Assembly (NCBI GenBank): GCA_964537835.1
Contig: CAZICS010000004.1
Location: 1-56,024 of the forward strand
Direction: 5' to 3'
Source of the DNA: an uncultured archaeon
GTDB lineage: Archaea; Aenigmatarchaeota; Aenigmatarchaeia; CG10238-14; SCSR01
Length of the DNA stretch: 56,024 bases
Made by a program: the position numbers and the translations under genes. Shown here piece by piece: positions 53,144 to 56,024 of this stretch. The notes under the pieces are model-generated. The model was not told the origin of the DNA. It did not search any database and worked only from the letters and a program-made list of their open reading frames with translations. Each line of letters starts with the position of its first letter. The stretch's first letter is position 1.

Positions 53144-56024
53144 ATGAACCAAAGGTTAATCTTAACTAGTTTTTCAGTCTTATTCTTCCTAATCTTAAGC
53201 TTATTCTTGACGAGCGGGAAAACTTCAACCGGCGGCGAATTTAATGTTACTCCAGATGAAATTTTTATAAATTGGACGAATAACTACCAAGGAAACATAA
53301 CTGTCCAGGCAAATAATGTAAATTATAATTTTAGTGTTATTATCGATAATTCTTCCTTGTCTTACTTTCTTTTTTTCAATTATACTACAGAACAAGCTAG
53401 TCCAGACACTTGTAATCAAAATTTGGATTATTGTATTTTCATTTTAGTAAGAAATGAGACAGGCCATTACGTTAATCAAAGCCAAGCTTTAACAAATTCT
53501 AACTTGACGAATTTCACTCTCTTGCTTAGGAATATTGATTCAAAAGTAGCGGGAAAATTTAAAGGAAAGGTTAAGATCTATAATTCTTCAAATTCATCAG
53601 AGTTTGCTCATATAGATATAGTAGCTGACATTCCTATTAGGATAAGGGGTAATGGAATAGGTGTTTTTAACGGAACCTTGCCTCCAAACCCTCAAACCTA
53701 TCAATCCTTCTACTTTAATATTTCCTCGATTGAAAATGCAACCAGCATAAGTATAAATCTAACCTCAAGCAACGAAGTTGATTTATTCCTTTTTGATGAA
53801 AGTGGCAATTTAAAATCAAAGTCCATCAACGAAGGTGGAAATGAATATTTGGTTTATAGCTTTCTTCCGTCTAATAGATTTTGGGAAATTAGAATCTACG
53901 GTAATTCGGGTAATGAAACCAACTATTGGGGAAATGTAATTTTTTCTACTCTAAATTCGAGCGTTAGGGAGCTAAATTATGGAATAAAAAATACCACTTC
54001 ACCAAAAAACATTACTCTAATTAATTTGACGAATGTTGGAAATCTTACTCATTATAAGGTTCAGGAAGAGAAAGAGCTCTACTATGTTAAAAGGTTTAAC
54101 GACAGCGCTGAGAAAACTTTTACGTTTCTTGTTCCAGATAGTTCAATAGTTTCTTTGGTTAAAGTTAGTTTAAAATGGAAGGGAGGTTCTAACTATTCTT
54201 TTGAAGTTTACGACCCTGATGGAATAAACATTCTAAATTCTACGGGAAATTGGATTAACGCAAACATTTCCAAAGCTATTCAAGAAGTTTATGGAAAAAC
54301 AACTAACCTCAAAAAAGGTTATTGGAAAGTTTATGTTAAAAATAATACTCAATCTAACGACCCCTACAATTTAACTGTTTATCTTAAAATTAGAAATGTT
54401 GGAAAATGGATAAGCACAAACTTCACGAGCAATTTTACTTTTAACGAAAGTGGAAAACCAAACTCTACTCTCCTTTTACAATTGAACTTTACTCCACAAA
54501 ATTATTCCTTGGAGGGAGATTATGAAGGATTCCTGGGCTACTTTGACCAAAATAGTGGAGGAATAAAAATTCCTATAAGGTTCAAGCTTACAACACCAAT
54601 ACTAATAGTAAACAATACGATTAATTCTACTACTGTTAAAATCACTGAAAACATTGATGCAAATCTTACTAAAATTTTGAACATAAGCATAAACAACACG
54701 GGAAGCTATAATTTAACTAACCTTACTGTTTTTAGCTCATCATTCCTTAACCATACAACAAACCCTATCTACTTCATTAACATATCGAGCATAGATTGGC
54801 CAGTTAAGCTGAATGCTAATTCTTCTTCTCTAATAAACTTAACCTTAGAAATAAATACAGCAAACACAAACGATTCCCAAGGGATTTATAAGGGTTGGAT
54901 ATTCATAACTACGAATGAAAGCGATTATCCTGCAAATCCTTATCAAGCATTTAATTTAACTTTGGAGGTTAATTTAACCAGTCGAATAATTGCAAACATC
55001 ACAGGAATAAGAACTATGGATGGAGATGATTGGATTAACTTTACTTCCTCCCCTGAGAATGTAACCGTAAGATTTCTTAATCTTTTCTTCATAAACGGAA
55101 CGAAAATCACTGGAGAAGATAAGTTTAATTTTAGCAGTATTTCGCTCGTAAGACTCTATCATAGGAATGCAAGCTATTACATACCCAGAAACGGAAAGAA
55201 TTTGACCTTTAATCCTAATGGAAATTTTGAGTATCTAGGGAGTGGTGGAGATTATACATTCAACTTTACTGTCCCTGCTAATCAGCCAGGAGGGATATAC
55301 GAGATCCAGATAAACCTAAAGAGTTTAAACGGAAAGTTAGAGGGAGAGGCTAGAAATGAGTTATTAGTTATTAATGACACGGGATTCTACATAGTTTCGC
55401 ATAACTGTTCTTTGAGCCTGACCGAAGGTGAATCAAAAGAATGTGCAGTAAAAGTCAAAAACTATGGTCCGTTAAAATCGAGTAATGCTCAAGTAAAGCT
55501 TATAGAAAATTGTAATCAAATATCTGTAAGTCCTTCAGACGGCAGAACGCTTGATCTAAATGGGTTCGACTTTACAGGAAAGTATTACGAATTTACTATA
55601 ACAGCAATCTCAAATGGAACGTGTAACGCATGGATAAACGTAACGAATGGAAAATGGTTTGAAAATAGTGCAAAATTGTTCAGTATTATAGTAAATCCCA
55701 AACCTTCTGAAGAAGAAGGGGAAAACGTAACCTATACCCTTCCAACCTTCTTCGTAGATTTAAATTTTACCAGAGCAGAAAATTTGATTACCATAGAACA
55801 AAATTCAACAAACTCTACTGTTGTTATAGTTAAAAATACTGGCAACATAACTGCAGAAGTTAACTTCTCTATAGAAGGAATTAATTCAACCTGGTTTTCA
55901 ATTAATTCGAGCAGTGCAACCCTTAAAGTTGGAAAGGAAGCAGCATTTCTCGTTAATTTCTTTGTAGGTAAAGAAAAAATGGAAGATTATGCTGGCAAGT
56001 TTAAGGTAGTAGGTAAGAATAGCC
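53144..56024 (+). CDS. Very large secreted/surface glycoprotein (partial, at least 960 aa)
   Basis: Not in ORF track. Frame is open from ATG 53144 to the window end; signal peptide MNQRLILTSFSVLFFLILSLFL; very dense N-x-S/T sequons; repeated beta-sandwich modules (NxGN, PPC-like DLFLFD/WEIRIYG). Confidence 0.85.
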   Translation, partial: MNQRLILTSFSVLFFLILSLFLTSGKTSTGGEFNVTPDEIFINWTNNYQGNITVQANNVNYNFSVIIDNSSLSYFLFFNYTTEQASPDTCNQNLDYCIFILVRNETGHYVNQSQALTNSNLTNFTLLLRNIDSKVAGKFKGKVKIYNSSNSSEFAHIDIVADIPIRIRGNGIGVFNGTLPPNPQTYQSFYFNISSIENATSISINLTSSNEVDLFLFDESGNLKSKSINEGGNEYLVYSFLPSNRFWEIRIYGNSGNETNYWGNVIFSTLNSSVRELNYGIKNTTSPKNITLINLTNVGNLTHYKVQEEKELYYVKRFNDSAEKTFTFLVPDSSIVSLVKVSLKWKGGSNYSFEVYDPDGINILNSTGNWINANISKAIQEVYGKTTNLKKGYWKVYVKNNTQSNDPYNLTVYLKIRNVGKWISTNFTSNFTFNESGKPNSTLLLQLNFTPQNYSLEGDYEGFLGYFDQNSGGIKIPIRFKLTTPILIVNNTINSTTVKITENIDANLTKILNISINNTGSYNLTNLTVFSSSFLNHTTNPIYFINISSIDWPVKLNANSSSLINLTLEINTANTNDSQGIYKGWIFITTNESDYPANPYQAFNLTLEVNLTSRIIANITGIRTMDGDDWINFTSSPENVTVRFLNLFFINGTKITGEDKFNFSSISLVRLYHRNASYYIPRNGKNLTFNPNGNFEYLGSGGDYTFNFTVPANQPGGIYEIQINLKSLNGKLEGEARNELLVINDTGFYIVSHNCSLSLTEGESKECAVKVKNYGPLKSSNAQVKLIENCNQISVSPSDGRTLDLNGFDFTGKYYEFTITAISNGTCNAWINVTNGKWFENSAKLFSIIVNPKPSEEEGENVTYTLPTFFVDLNFTRAENLITIEQNSTNSTVVIVKNTGNITAEVNFSIEGINSTWFSINSSSATLKVGKEAAFLVNFFVGKEKMEDYAGKFKVVGKNS

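Noticed and set aside
1-56024. Visually frequent AAGCTT/AGCT words
   Set aside because: Explained by AAG-CTT (Lys-Leu) and GCT codon usage; not counted, so no claim about restriction-site bias is made.

Overview
AT-rich, densely coded archaeal chromosome segment. Compact genes, K/E-rich proteins, many leaderless starts, GAGGTGA Shine-Dalgarno motifs, reduced operons and a membrane PPase suggest a DPANN archaeon, possibly Aenigmarchaeota-like; this placement is an inference. Most of the window is informational core: ribosomal proteins eS6, eS19, eS24, eS31/S27ae, eL15, eL31, eL39 and eL43/L37ae; RNase P RNA plus three RNase P proteins; exosome; proteasome alpha; SBDS; aIF2-gamma; aIF6; RNAP subunits; Spt4; FEN1; and six aminoacyl-tRNA synthetases (Gly, Trp, Phe, Ala, Ile, His). 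It also holds a sugar/alpha-glucan cluster, a K+-independent membrane pyrophosphatase, two type IV pilins, two MinD-like ATPases, SepF, a PIN-ATPase-KH protein, three aminopeptidases, tRNA-Arg(CCT) and the 5' part of a very large secreted glycoprotein. No CRISPR array, transposase or integrase was seen. The most notable observations are: an 88-bp near-identical acidic-tail module shared by rps24e and rps6e; an unannotated 59-aa ORF resembling the helical C-terminal segment of the nearby truncated AlaRS; a reduced RNase P RNA head-to-head with an Rpp25-like Alba gene; an unannotated ~109-nt structured RNA candidate; a candidate C/D-box sRNA; a eukaryote-type P-loop in aIF2-gamma alongside probable near-cognate start codons; and pilin genes inserted antisense into conserved housekeeping operons. 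All family assignments come from motif recognition only; no database searches were run.
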